From Schizochytrium sp. TIO01 (Eukaryota; Protista; Bigyra: Labyrinthulomycetes): a DNA stretch of 64,000 bases. The notes below the pieces were generated by a model. It saw only the letters and a list, made by a program, of their open reading frames with translations, was not told where the DNA came from and did no database searches. Below, piece by piece: positions 10,701-22,612 of this stretch; position 1 is the stretch's first letter, and every line of letters begins with the position of its first letter. The position numbers and the translations under genes are program-made. The stretch covers positions 3,534,001-3,598,000 of the forward strand of contig SMSO01000025.1 in the NCBI GenBank assembly GCA_004764695.1, given 5' to 3'.

Positions 10701-13554
10701 AACTTCGAGACTTATTTTATTTTAGTTAATTTATATAGTTGAAAAAAAGACGATTTGAGTCGAAAATAAATAACATCAACATCAAAAGTACTTTTTAAAA
10801 GGACACGAACTTCATAATAGTTGATTGAGTGGAGACTTTTTGAGGGGCCGCTCAGGTACAGAGAGCTTATCGGTTAGACAATTATTTTGTTTGCCTATTT
10901 GGATGCTGTCGGCAGAAAGTAAGAAAAGCTTCAGATTTAAAGGAGGAACCTTCAGCTGATCGCCAAGAAGCAAGAGATCGCTGGCTAGCTAGCAATGCTG
11001 TTAGGTATTAAAGTAGGGAGTGAATCTGATATAACTTAATAGCACATGATTATTGGTAATTTTAGCTCGGTATTAATGGATTTTCGATATCTTTGGAAAG
11101 CAATGGGTATGGTAAATTGGCCTCGCTTTTCATTCAACTCTTTTCTGAACTCCAACAGGAACTTTACAAATAAGGCAACCTAGAAAAAGGGTTGTGTTCG
11201 TTTATGCAGGATCGTCTAAATAATATATGTTGCGAATAGTTTTATTCTAACAGTACGTAAAAGCAAAAAAATTGGAATTTTGAGTTTTCGACCATCATGG
11301 CGACTCATTCAATATATCTCGCTTTTCTTTCCCCTCCTCCGATACGTTCGAAGCGAATTGTAACATTATGATGTCCGTGGCTCTTAATAGGAATTTGCTT
11401 CAACTTGAGCAGATACGTGGGTTAACTTTGTAAGATCAGAAACTGAGTAACAAAAGAGAGGGTTTAGGATTCAATTTGCCTGGAATTGAGAATATTAAGC
11501 CTCGCTGCCTCTGTCTTTTCTTTTTTTAAAAACTTAAATTACAGTTTAGAGCTCGAGGTGAGCCTTGTTATTAGAGCTAGAATAAGATACAAAGACCAAG
11601 CTATAATTGAACTTCACTGGCCTTCGTCTGCCTAGCCCGTTTTCCCTTCTTTTTCTTCATAACTCATGACGCACATTTACAAGGAAGTTCATATGTAGGT
11701 GCAGAACCAATCCATAAACAAAACCTCCATAAAATAGCAAGTATCTATGTAGCCTCATACGTGAGGCGCCGAGAAAACTATCAACTTTCAGAGCCCCAAT
11801 TATCCATAAGGGGTTCCAAAAGCGGGACGACCGAAAGAGTACCAAAAGGATAGCGTTGCCAAACTTGCGCGCTGGCTAGCGCTGAATGTCATATAATGAC
11901 GTCTAGTACTCTCGAGAACGATGAATTACCACGTTGTCTATGCATCACCTGATACCTAACTTTTAAACGTAAAGTCTAAATCATCAAAGTATAGATTTAT
12001 CAAGATTTTGGCTAGAATTTACAAAGCATTGAAGTGAAAACCTATCTCCTTTACAGACTTCTCTTCTTTTTTTCTTGAAGAGACAAACAACCTATTCTAT
12101 AAAGTTTCCTCTGTTCCATACAAGTATTTGGGGGTCAGAATAGCAAATCTTGGTTTCAGATAGGAAACGCCTGCACTAATGCTGTTGAGCAACAGCACTC
12201 TCGTGCACCGCCTATATTCATACAACTTATTTTATGATTAAAAAATCTGCTGGTTACCTTCATGAACGCATACAAACTGACTACATATGAAATTTATCGC
12301 CACTATGCACCTGAGCCAAAAAGTGGCATAAGGGACTTATTGGATATAAGACCCATCCGTCCAACTTCAAAAGATTCCCCCTCCTCTTGATATTTGGTTT
12401 CGCACAGCTTATCTGCGAATTTGCTCGGGAAAACCACAGTGCTTTTGAAAACTAACTTGATAAACACGATAATAAGGAACGTTCTATGAACGATTGCTCA
12501 TTGCTCCATTGGGGTGTAATTTGCAATTGTTGAGAATAATATATATACATTATTCTTGTATTAGAAACAAATTATATATTAAAGTCACTAACAATTCCAA
12601 ACCCTATGTAGAAGTATAATAAAAGACTTTAAGTACGCCCTACTCTGGTCAGGCATCCGAATAGGAATAATTGACACCCTCCATAGAAGCAGCATTACGG
12701 GAGTATAGATGAGGTCAACATCCCCCCCAATGAGAGAAGTCAGAACCAAAACAGAGTTTTAAAAAAAGAATATATTTTTTAATTAATTATGAACAGGGTG
12801 CTCTCTTAACATCGAACCTCCAGATTTCCTGATGGGCGGTATCCCTCTGACATATTGCAGCGCGGATAGTAAGCCACATCTTTTATAAAATACAAAGCCA
12901 ACATCAGTGCCAAAGATCATGCCCGGCTTGAAGCAAGCCTATCACCAACAATTGAGGGTTAAAGTCTCCAGCTTAGCAGGAATCATAATTCTACTTATTT
13001 GACCTGTCAATCAACCTGTACAATATGCCAAGACTCGTCTGCAAAAGTAAGAACCTCCGGACCAAGCCTGTACATCGAAAAATAATGAACAATCAATAGA
13101 CTTGCAAATCGAACTAAGACCCGGCTCTAGTTGATCCTCATATAAGTAGAGCCGCAAAACTTGCGGAACTCACTGCAGCAAATCAATATACAAGCTCGCA
13201 AAATAAAATTGACACATGTATCCACCATGTCTACATTCAGATGCAGGCAGAATAACAAAACCCTGCGCTTTACACCGTGCATCCTCATGTTAAAAAAATT
13301 ATAATGAAAATCTGCAAGTGTGTCCAGAGTTTGAATCAACGTGTTATTCTTGTAGATCATCGATTTTCACTAAACCCTCTTTCAGTGATTGTTGATGGTC
13401 CAACGAATTTGTCGTGAATACATCTGCATCTGCGTCTGCATGAAAACATAAGATCGTTCACAATCTACACCAAAGTAATTGAAACTTTACAAGAAAGGCA
13501 GAAGCCATGGCGTCGTCACTTTTTTGTAGAGGGTCACAATGTTTAGCAGGACAT

Positions 13555-14079
13555 TTAACCCTGAGAGTTGATGTTGGAGTTGGCGACAACTTCGGAATCC
13601 TCTTCTTGACTTATCTGCTCGAGCAGCAGCTTGAGCGTATCTTTCTGCTGCTCTAGGTTGCGTAGACGGGCGGCAAGCTCAAGCTCCTGACGTTCGAGTA
13701 AAGAACGCGCAGAATCAACAGAGCGTGCGTGCTTGGCCTTGAGGAAGGCTTCGTCTTCACGGCGAAGCTCCGCGAGCTCGCGGCCAATCAAGCGGTGGCG
13801 GATGACGGCGCGAACACGAGCTCGTTTCTCATCGTCAATAGCTCCGCCGTGCAGCACAAACTGGCGCCCTCGGCATACGAACGGGGGCGCCTTAACTTCC
13901 ACACGGCCGCTCGTAGGAGGTGCTCCTGGCCCGAGAGGTCGTGAAGGCGCCGCTGTGCTGGCTGGAGACGCTGCTGATGTTGAGGCCGGCATGGGCGAGG
14001 AAGATTGAGACGGGGGTGACGCGGACTGTCTGCTGCTACTAGATACGAACGACTGAGTAGCGGACGACGCGGAAGGCAT
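13555..14079 (-). CDS. Hypothetical protein, Ser/Pro-rich N-terminus and C-terminal coiled coil
   Basis: GC-rich ORF in an AT-rich surround; first ATG at 14079 (MPSASSATQ...); heptad-like C-terminus ARSLLERQELELAARLRNLEQQKDTLKLLLEQI. Confidence 0.75.
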   Translation of the reverse strand: MPSASSATQSFVSSSSRQSASPPSQSSSPMPASTSAASPASTAAPSRPLGPGAPPTSGRVEVKAPPFVCRGRQFVLHGGAIDDEKRARVRAVIRHRLIGRELAELRREDEAFLKAKHARSVDSARSLLERQELELAARLRNLEQQKDTLKLLLEQISQEEDSEVVANSNINSQG

Positions 14080-15066
14080 GGAATCGCACGAAGGCGGCGG
14101 TGCTGCCTTCACGAGCGAGTGTGCCCAAGGACACGAGATAAGTTTGATTCATTTCATAGAATTCAAATCATCTAGGGACCACCTTCTATAGTAGTGCCTA
14201 TTACCAAGTAGATAGGAAGGTACGTACATACCTTTACCTGTACTTCTTTATATAAGCCCTTTTTTTCGTCTGCTTTTTTAAAACCAATTGTTTTCCAATA
14301 CTAATACTAATACTGCTACCGTACAACTACTACTACCTTTTTTAAGTATTTGGGTGCAGGGATTGGAAAAAAACAAACGAAACACTCAGCTTAGTGGCAA
14401 AACAAGTCCATGAAGAAATGCTTTGGTAAAGAGCGTAAGCCACCATGGTGGAAAACACAGTAGCTATACTCATGTGTGAAGACTGTAACCGCCCTCAACC
14501 AAGCTAGCATATATAATTTATAACGAGGTAGGTAGCTACTGCTTTCTCTGCAATTTCAAGGTGGTGGTGGTAGTGGCGGTGGTGGCGGCGGTGTTCATGC
14601 CTCGTCTGAAAATGGTGGCTTATAATTCGAAGAAAACTGGGCTCTTCAGATGAAAGAATCCAACAAATGGGTGGCGTGCCAGCTAGGTATCTCGCCGCTC
14701 TAAATGAATGGTATTATATGAAATAAGAATGAAATCCTTGGTGTGATTTTAAGATCATGGAATCTTTGGATAGAACATCTGGAACGTTCAACGGCTAGGT
14801 TTTCCGAACCAGGAACTCAAGATAAATTAAAGGGCGATTTTGAGGAAGAGAACGTTAGTAGGTGTAAATTTGTGGAAACTTAAATATAGAAGTATGTCTT
14901 TAGCATCTCCGGCAATCGCAGCGCAGACTGTTTTCGTCCAGACTTTAATTTGCTCAAGCCTCCTACGGCCTTGCGTGAGGTTACTGCAAACTTAACTCAC
15001 GGTGAAGAGGACGAGCTAAATCTCATTGGCGTCTGCTAAACACTAGAAGCGATCTATACAGGCAAA

Positions 15067-16245
15067 ATGGCTGGACGTGAGCAGAACTACGCAGAAGCAG
15101 ACGATTTGACAAATATTATTCTTGAAAGGCATTCAAAACTACAGGCAGAGCAGAATGCATATCATGCAGGTATTGTAAGCGCTCGTGATATTTTGCTAGC
15201 CGCAGATGACGACACAGGAGCAAGTGCAGACCAGATACAAATTACGGAGGATGAGGAAGGTCTAACTTCAGAAGGGTCAAGTGAAAGTGATGAGTCATCT
15301 AGTGATGATGATTCTTCACCATCGAGCGATGATGATGACAACGATTCTTCAAGTGATGAAGAGAGCGATCATGATCCTGAAACTATTGACGAAAATGTTG
15401 CTCTTCTAGGTGACCATCAATATGGTCAAACTCATGCACAGAGTCACGAGGGGGAGGACATAGGAGCAGGCTGGACCCGGTATATTGATACACAGAGTGG
15501 CCACGAATACTTTTTTAACCATGTATCGGGAGCTTCACAATGGCACAGACCAAAACTTGGTCCACCCCAGATACGTCATGCAACTTCTGTGCAGCCCGTC
15601 TCTGCACATCAAGTTTTTCCTCGGCAAGAAGGTGACAACTATATGATTTCAAAGCGCCACACCGGTATGAAGAATTTGGAAGCTAAAAGGTACTTCTCTG
15701 GAGATGACTCAAATGCGAGCGCAGAAGGCTCAGACCTTGACAGTGATGAAGAATCTGTAGACATGTCTGATGTTGACGCAGACGCGGAAGATGCTGACTT
15801 TATTAGGGGGAAATCCGACGTTGTAAGAGCTGTCAACTTCTACGTATGGAGCAGCATTTTTCATGTAGTTTGTATTGAAGGCCCCGCGGCAGCGTTTGAA
15901 GCGTTTTTCCGAGGATTTTATTTACTACTAACAGGTGCAGTTCTTACTGCTGCTCAGCAGCCATACGCTCTTGGACGAGGTCGTATGAAGCAGGGGCTCC
16001 GACTACTTATTGCTTTTCTTACCCTTCTTATCCCTGGCAGTCTTCTTCTTGCCTACTCAGATCTAATTAGGGCATGGAAAGACGGCCGTTTGGCGAGAAG
16101 TGCTCACGTAGACGATTGGACTCTCGGAACATTGCCGACTCTGGCTGGTCCTCTCGATGCACATATACTGCGCGTGGTGAGCCTAGGCCAAGGGGCGAAT
16201 GCGAGATCATTGGAAAACAGTTATCCAGCAATTCGAGCAAAATGA
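15067..16245 (+). CDS. WW-domain protein with acidic tracts and C-terminal hydrophobic (transmembrane) segments
   Basis: 392-aa ORF; WW signature GAGWTRYIDTQSGHEYFFNHVSGASQWHRP (~15463-15552); Asp/Glu/Ser tracts; hydrophobic segments FFRGFYLLLTGAVLTAA and LRLLIAFLTLLIPGSLLLAY. Confidence 0.88.
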   Translation: MAGREQNYAEADDLTNIILERHSKLQAEQNAYHAGIVSARDILLAADDDTGASADQIQITEDEEGLTSEGSSESDESSSDDDSSPSSDDDDNDSSSDEESDHDPETIDENVALLGDHQYGQTHAQSHEGEDIGAGWTRYIDTQSGHEYFFNHVSGASQWHRPKLGPPQIRHATSVQPVSAHQVFPRQEGDNYMISKRHTGMKNLEAKRYFSGDDSNASAEGSDLDSDEESVDMSDVDADAEDADFIRGKSDVVRAVNFYVWSSIFHVVCIEGPAAAFEAFFRGFYLLLTGAVLTAAQQPYALGRGRMKQGLRLLIAFLTLLIPGSLLLAYSDLIRAWKDGRLARSAHVDDWTLGTLPTLAGPLDAHILRVVSLGQGANARSLENSYPAIRAK

Positions 16246-16632
16246 ATAGGAAATAACTTTTGAACACCACAGGATTTTACAACCCCCTATGTATATTTTT
16301 TTTAATTAAAAAAGAAACGTAGCTAAAGAGAGATCTAAGAATTCTACAATCAACAAGTTTGCTTCTCTAACGCCTCACAACACATATTTCTCCAAATTTT
16401 AGTAAGTTCTTGCAGTTTCATACTCTGTGTGATTTAAACAAGCCATGCTCCTTGCTAGCTACCTACTTGAAATAGTCTTTGGACAAAGCAATGCAATTCT
16501 GGGAACATGTCATCAGTAAATTTCTATCTTGCATACTTCTAATTTGCATTATTTTCATCAAGGCCTTCACTTTAGAAAAGAGCATACGAGATCATACATT
16601 TTTGGAATTAGTCTTGCCTATTATTGTAGCCT

Positions 16633-19600
16633 CTAATTGATGTGCAGGGGCGCTGGGAACTCATAGGTGGTATTGCAAATAGCGATAGGAGGTCTATCCC
16701 CGGAACCACAAATGTACTGAAGTTCGCAGAACGTTCTTTTAAGCTCATGACAGGCTCCTAAGTATGAACCACGGTCCGCGCGACACAAGATACTTTCAGT
16801 CAGCAAGGCGTGATCATCTACATTTGGGATAGGATCTCCTCGTGGAATAATGTTGACAGCAAATGAATCAAGCTTGGTTTGATCAAGACCAAACTTTTCC
16901 CGAGAAAGCAGTGAGTTTGGACCCGAAATGCCGATCGCAGGGATACTCTCAGCTGCTCCAACAAGCATAGCAATACCACCCCCTAGAGAGTGTCCCGTTA
17001 TTGCAATAAAGGCATCAGGATTCTTGTTTCGTAACGAACGTACGAAATTGGTCAGATCTGCTTGGTAGCTCAGTTTACTTGACGGAGCCGTCTCAAGGAC
17101 GTTCATGTAGCGAATCAGTGAAGGAATGACTGCGTTCCACACGGCGCCAAATGGAAGAACATAGCGTAACCATTGAAAAAGCATTGCAGGAAACCAAATC
17201 TGCATATCGGAAAGTAAGTCATACGTGTTGATTGTACCTCGAATTGCCACTAAAAACACCTCTCGGTCGCTTGTTTTGCTTCCATTCGGTTGAGAGGGAA
17301 TGTGCAAAAGCTTAAACACTGCCGATGAGAGACGAGGGGCTGCATATCGATCATATTGCTCTGGAGGTATGTAATGAACGACATCCGGCCCAAACCAGCG
17401 GTCGAGCTGCATTTGCGAGGTTTGGGCATGGGAATAAGCCAAGTCAGATAAAAAGATAAAATCCATGGTGGTAAGCTTTGCTTCTTGTAGAGGCGCAAAG
17501 TTATTGATGTTTTCGAGATTTCCATCAAAAGTAAGACCAGAGTCATCCTTTCCAGCATACAAGGTATCGAAAAGTGTACAAACTGGGTACATAAATCCCA
17601 CTTTGCCTCGGGTTGGGGTAGGAACATAGTGAGTCTTATGAGTAGCATTGCCAAGCAATGGTACACCTTCGTAATCCGAAAGAGTTGTATCCTGGTCTAC
17701 ACTAAATCCAACGAGAATGATCATAAAAATCACAGCAAGAGCAAAGCAACCAATCCAGAACGTCCGCATTTGTTGTTGGGCCATGCGTGTAAGCACGAGA
17801 TGGACGCGGCGACCTCCATTGCTTACTTTGGCTGACGTGGCCTGTCGCATCGGACTCGTCATAGACATAAGCCGCGAATTTGTGTTCAGCCCGACAGATG
17901 CCCCATGTTCCTGCCTGTGATTGGTACGGTTTGCACTTTCATGACTGCGGTGGTGTTTGTGGTGGTGTTTTCCTTCCCGGGAAGACGACTGATCAAGTCC
18001 GAAGGTGGAGGAGATGTTTTGAGTAGCAGCCGAAGCCTCAGCAGCTGCAGAACCTTGATTTTCTTCGACCAAATCAAAGAGAGGAAGCTCCAGAGATTCA
18101 AATGCTTTCGTACCGAAGGTCTCAACGAGACTTGGTACATTAAAAATAAAGCGATGCAGGGACAAAATGCAAGCAAATGCAAAAAATGCTGCGTATCCGC
18201 CGACACCAAGCTGAGAGAATCCATACATAGGAACTGCCACAAAAATGCCAAAACTTATCATGAGCAAAATCACAGCGACCCACATTTTAGGCTCAGCGTA
18301 GACAAATCGAGATTCACGCATGGATTTTACCCGCTCATAATTATCTATGTCAAAGTGCAGGGAAGACTGGTCATCTGAATCGCTAGAAGAGTTTCTGGAA
18401 TTGCCATTGTCTCCCTCATCGTCATCACCCGGGAAATCTTCGATACTCTCTAGACTTACAAAATCATTACCCTGGGCATCCTCTTCCTCATCACCACGAC
18501 CTGTTTCCATGTCATGAAAGCGATCATTATCTTCGTCACGACCAGACAAGCCTTGATCTTCTGCATTACTACTCTGCCCCGCGTCTACAAAGGGATTACG
18601 AGACCGGGAGCTCACCGACGCAGCTCGTGCGCCTTGGCCGTGAGAGTTCGACGCCTGTCCTAGTTGAGATGGCACTGATGAATGCTGATTTTGATCTTGA
18701 TGTTCTTCCTTTGGAGGGGGTGCAGGAAGACCTGCAGCCAGAATGGGTGTTCGAGTAACACCAAGTACGCCGCGAGAACCCCGTTCAAATTCTTGCATCC
18801 AGGCAAGATTGTGACCAATCCAAGTCACAAAGATCGCAAAAGAAACGAGACCTGAAAGTACGACAAAAATGGTAGGAATAAAAGAAGAGTAAACGAGGTA
18901 GCCAATTACAACAAGCCATATCAGAAACGAGGAAAATACCACACACGCAAAGGAACTCTTCACAACCGAACGTCGAATAGAGCCTCGGAAGCGAGAGCGT
19001 GAAAGACAGCACAGAAAAAGTACAGAGAATGCTTGGCGACTCAGGATTGGCCGCGGCTTGAGAACCTTATCGACATTCCATAAGCGACGAGGCTTCACCT
19101 GCTCATAAAAGCAGCGAGCTACTGGGCTTAGCTCTTGCTTCGTTAGATGCTTAATAACGGTTTCCTCGTCAAGGTCGTGCCCTTCGAGTGCTGGGTCAAG
19201 CCCAGGCCAGTACGTAAACGCAAAACGAGTGCGAAAGCGATGGCGAATTAGCTGGTAAAATGCCCGCCAAAGAGTATGAGCCCGTGGCACACATGTTTGC
19301 ATAATTTTTAGGCACGAGTATACCTCAATCCAAATTGTATACAAGGTAGTAAGCGCAAAGAGAATTAGTGAAGACCACAGAGCTGCTAGCAAAGCATTTG
19401 TGATCGGCGCAGGGTCCCTTAAAAGAAAGCTAACCGCAAAGGTTCCTAGAGGAATAAACAAAATTAATGTGAGAATAAACCAATCGCGAACCGTTGAACT
19501 AACCAGTGTCATTGTGTTAATGAACTCAAAGTCATTCCAAATATCATTCAAGTAGCCAATCACCAGAGTTGACATGATTGAGAGACTTTCTACAAAATGT

Positions 19601-20460
19601 GGCATAGCCAGCAAGGTCATCAGAGTGGCAAGCCTTTCCTCTATAGAATTTGCACTACGAATTCCAACTAAAAACACACCAAGACCATACTGCACAGGAA
19701 TGAGAATACAAAACACTACCGTCGCCCCAACTAAGAATAGCACAACGTAGACGTAGAGAAACTTGAGAAAGAAGATCCATCCTCCGTATGTGGACGCTCG
19801 TTTTACAGTCAAGAGGACCTTTTGTTGCTGTTGAGGAATCTGTTGCATTGCTGCCCAATTAGGGTCGCCCTGAGACTCACTGCCAGCATTTCCAGAGTTC
19901 TGATATGCTAGCCCAAAGATCAATTGGTGTCGCATGCCGTTCAAGACAACGTTGTTCCGGTATCTATAGAGCGAGGATCTCAGCGTGAAGTGGTCAAGCA
20001 AATCAAAATAAGGTCCATCTTGTTGTGACATCGATGTTGGACTTCGCCTTCGAAGTTGATGTTGCCGGCCTTGCGCCTGTTCCGCTGTCTGAGAAGATTT
20101 GGCGCGTGCTCCACTCGTACCCTCGTCTGCCGTATCAAAGGACTCGCTTCTGATTGAATTTGTACTTGCTCTGTAGTAATTCCTTCCATCTACGTCAGAC
20201 GTAGATGAACTCGAGGACGAAGAACTGCCGTTCTTGGAGTTTCCGTGGCGACTCTGGCTCATTCTGCGCTCAAAGGCTTCAACAGCGTAGTTGACCTCTT
20301 CCTCAAGGGCATCATCATCCAAAAGACGCTCCTCGTGGCTAATGTGTGTGTCACGACCCATTAAATCTGGTGACGAAGTTTGGCTCCAACCTCGTTGGTG
20401 TCGTGACAACCCTCGTCCACCATAGTCACGATCATCTTGCCGGCCGCCTTGCCCGCTCAT
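16633..20460 (-). CDS. Polytopic membrane protein with C-terminal class-3 lipase (alpha/beta hydrolase) domain
   Basis: 1275-aa ORF; lipase motifs FLVAIRGT, ITGHSLGGG (nucleophile Ser), RGDPIPNVD (Asp), ACHELKRTFCEL (His); about 10 hydrophobic segments upstream. Confidence 0.9.
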   Translation of the reverse strand: MSGQGGRQDDRDYGGRGLSRHQRGWSQTSSPDLMGRDTHISHEERLLDDDALEEEVNYAVEAFERRMSQSRHGNSKNGSSSSSSSSTSDVDGRNYYRASTNSIRSESFDTADEGTSGARAKSSQTAEQAQGRQHQLRRRSPTSMSQQDGPYFDLLDHFTLRSSLYRYRNNVVLNGMRHQLIFGLAYQNSGNAGSESQGDPNWAAMQQIPQQQQKVLLTVKRASTYGGWIFFLKFLYVYVVLFLVGATVVFCILIPVQYGLGVFLVGIRSANSIEERLATLMTLLAMPHFVESLSIMSTLVIGYLNDIWNDFEFINTMTLVSSTVRDWFILTLILFIPLGTFAVSFLLRDPAPITNALLAALWSSLILFALTTLYTIWIEVYSCLKIMQTCVPRAHTLWRAFYQLIRHRFRTRFAFTYWPGLDPALEGHDLDEETVIKHLTKQELSPVARCFYEQVKPRRLWNVDKVLKPRPILSRQAFSVLFLCCLSRSRFRGSIRRSVVKSSFACVVFSSFLIWLVVIGYLVYSSFIPTIFVVLSGLVSFAIFVTWIGHNLAWMQEFERGSRGVLGVTRTPILAAGLPAPPPKEEHQDQNQHSSVPSQLGQASNSHGQGARAASVSSRSRNPFVDAGQSSNAEDQGLSGRDEDNDRFHDMETGRGDEEEDAQGNDFVSLESIEDFPGDDDEGDNGNSRNSSSDSDDQSSLHFDIDNYERVKSMRESRFVYAEPKMWVAVILLMISFGIFVAVPMYGFSQLGVGGYAAFFAFACILSLHRFIFNVPSLVETFGTKAFESLELPLFDLVEENQGSAAAEASAATQNISSTFGLDQSSSREGKHHHKHHRSHESANRTNHRQEHGASVGLNTNSRLMSMTSPMRQATSAKVSNGGRRVHLVLTRMAQQQMRTFWIGCFALAVIFMIILVGFSVDQDTTLSDYEGVPLLGNATHKTHYVPTPTRGKVGFMYPVCTLFDTLYAGKDDSGLTFDGNLENINNFAPLQEAKLTTMDFIFLSDLAYSHAQTSQMQLDRWFGPDVVHYIPPEQYDRYAAPRLSSAVFKLLHIPSQPNGSKTSDREVFLVAIRGTINTYDLLSDMQIWFPAMLFQWLRYVLPFGAVWNAVIPSLIRYMNVLETAPSSKLSYQADLTNFVRSLRNKNPDAFIAITGHSLGGGIAMLVGAAESIPAIGISGPNSLLSREKFGLDQTKLDSFAVNIIPRGDPIPNVDDHALLTESILCRADRGSYLGACHELKRTFCELQYICGSGDRPPIAICNTTYEFPAPLHIN

Positions 20461-22018
20461 GCTGTGTGTCGCACCCCCAGAGGCAGTCTCTACCGGAGAA
20501 GACCTGCTATCCGAATCGCGATACGACTCGGCGAGTTGGGCTATAGGTTTGCTTGACGCTCTGCAAGATCTTTGAGATTTTTACATCCAAAACCAAGTGT
20601 CCTCCGATTCCTATTGATTGCTACCAACTCATTGCAATATCGGTCTTGACTGAATAAATGATTCTGATCTTTCTTCACTATGGTTGCAACAAGAGAATTG
20701 ATGATGTTGCACAGCCCGCAATATAATGGTGTGGATGGAAGTGAAGATGCTTCGTGACAAATGCAGGAAGCACCATCCCATTTCCTCTTGTTGCCAGGAC
20801 ATCATAAAAGACACGAGTTTCCTCAGGGAGGGTTGGCATTCATTCTGTCGAGCGAGTCTGAGGAAATGAATCTATACGTACTACTCCTACAGAAGAAAGG
20901 TGGTGGGATCGGAGGCTTAGAGTTCACCTACTGACCGTTATGCGCTGAGTGGGAATGGCGGCGTTGATCGTCGTGACCATCGCCATATACCATAGTTTTG
21001 CTGGATGGACCTAATCGTGCTCAGGTTTAATTTAATGACCATGAGATCTCTGCAATCTGGCAAAATCTCGCGGAGCATTCCTTTGTACACAAGCGACCAT
21101 CATGCTCAAGAGGACCGACCATCAGGGCTACTTCTATGAGTAGTATGCAGGTGCCATCAAGTCCTCAAGGTTGGAATATCATCTTTCTACATTACATTGA
21201 GTTCGGCACTAGATCAGCTGTTAGTTGAGCAAACGCGGGGAAAGGTTAATAGACAAAGATTGACCCCAAAAGCATCGACTTGGAGCTTTTACTTCCATCC
21301 AAGTGTCTCGTCAGCAATTTATCAAAGAGAAACCACCAAAATTGACTAAAATCACATCGCCACGAAGTACCTATAACTCACTCCTGCTCCTTGGACAGGG
21401 AAATTAATACTCCTACGACAGTGCGTACCTATCTATGTAGGGTGTATAGATCACCTCAGAATCCCGTGTATGGAAGCAGAATCCATCTCACAAAAGCCAT
21501 CTCGTCAGGCTTGAAGAATAAAGAGCGCTCGTCACGCTCCCTCGCCTCGCTCTCCTTCCCAAGCCCAGCAGTAGACAGACCTGTTCACTGTCAAGCAGCT
21601 CCAAAACACACTGCGCAAAGCGACGATGATCACAAATTGAGAAAAAGAAAGTGAGAAAATGGAGAGACCAAGACTCGCCGCGGAACGATCCACGAGAGTT
21701 CCGCTGCAAGTTCCTTGTGATTTTCCCTTTCTTGGTAGTAGGCCCTTAAGAGCTCGTATGCATGAAGAATGGTACCAATGGGGGTCCCGTGGGACTTAAT
21801 ATACTATAGGCTAAATAGTAGAAATGGTAGGAAGCAAGCAAGACGGGAAAAGCGCAATAATCGATTGATTGATCAATCGACAGCGATTTGACGAGCACCA
21901 AAGTGAAGTTGGTCTCGTGGTTGATCGCGAGGAGCGGAGTAGCCGAGGCACGGATCAGCCCGGGCCTTTGGTGCGGCTCGGGGAGCTTCACTTGAGGTGC
22001 GAGAGAGCTAGCTCGGGG

Positions 22019-22048
22019 CCCTCCTCCTCCTCCTCCTCCTCCCTCCTC
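22019..22048. repeat. (CCT)n microsatellite upstream of the bZIP gene
   Basis: cctcctcctcctcctcctcct ccctcctc read directly. Confidence 0.85.
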
Positions 22049-22612
22049 AAGCGCGTCTTCTGACTGCGCATCCTCGTGTTGTTAGGTTTCTCAGAGCTTT
22101 GCTTTCGCCTCCGACTGCAAAGCGAAGCCCGCTGTTACGTGTCTTCAATTCAACACAACCTTGAAGGTATATATTTGGGCCGGGAGAGCCCTGTTTTTGC
22201 AGAGCGGAGGGAGTTAGGATCTTCAGCTGTTTGTCTGCGTTTCATCTCGTGCGCGCTTTCGATCCTTTGACCCTCTATACATACAAACATTCATACAAAG
22301 GTCCTTACTCGCGTCAACTTTCGATCAAATCCTGACGCCCGAGATCAACTTTTTAGATTACAACTGATTGAGCTCTTGAACGCGTTCTCGCGAGTCAGTT
22401 TTGGTATCTGGAGCACTTCTGTACAGCGTGGATCGTGGCTATCAAAGAGTAATAATTAACTTCGGTGGGGTTAAAATCTGCTGTCGTGAAGGTCAATTTT
22501 TCTAAGCTCTGAACAGGTTCAGGTCCGAGTTGAGTAGTTTTACAGAATCAATACTGACAAGATCCGTCTTTATCTTTGGGCAACTAGTTAGAGAAGAAGT
22601 AAACACGCAGCA

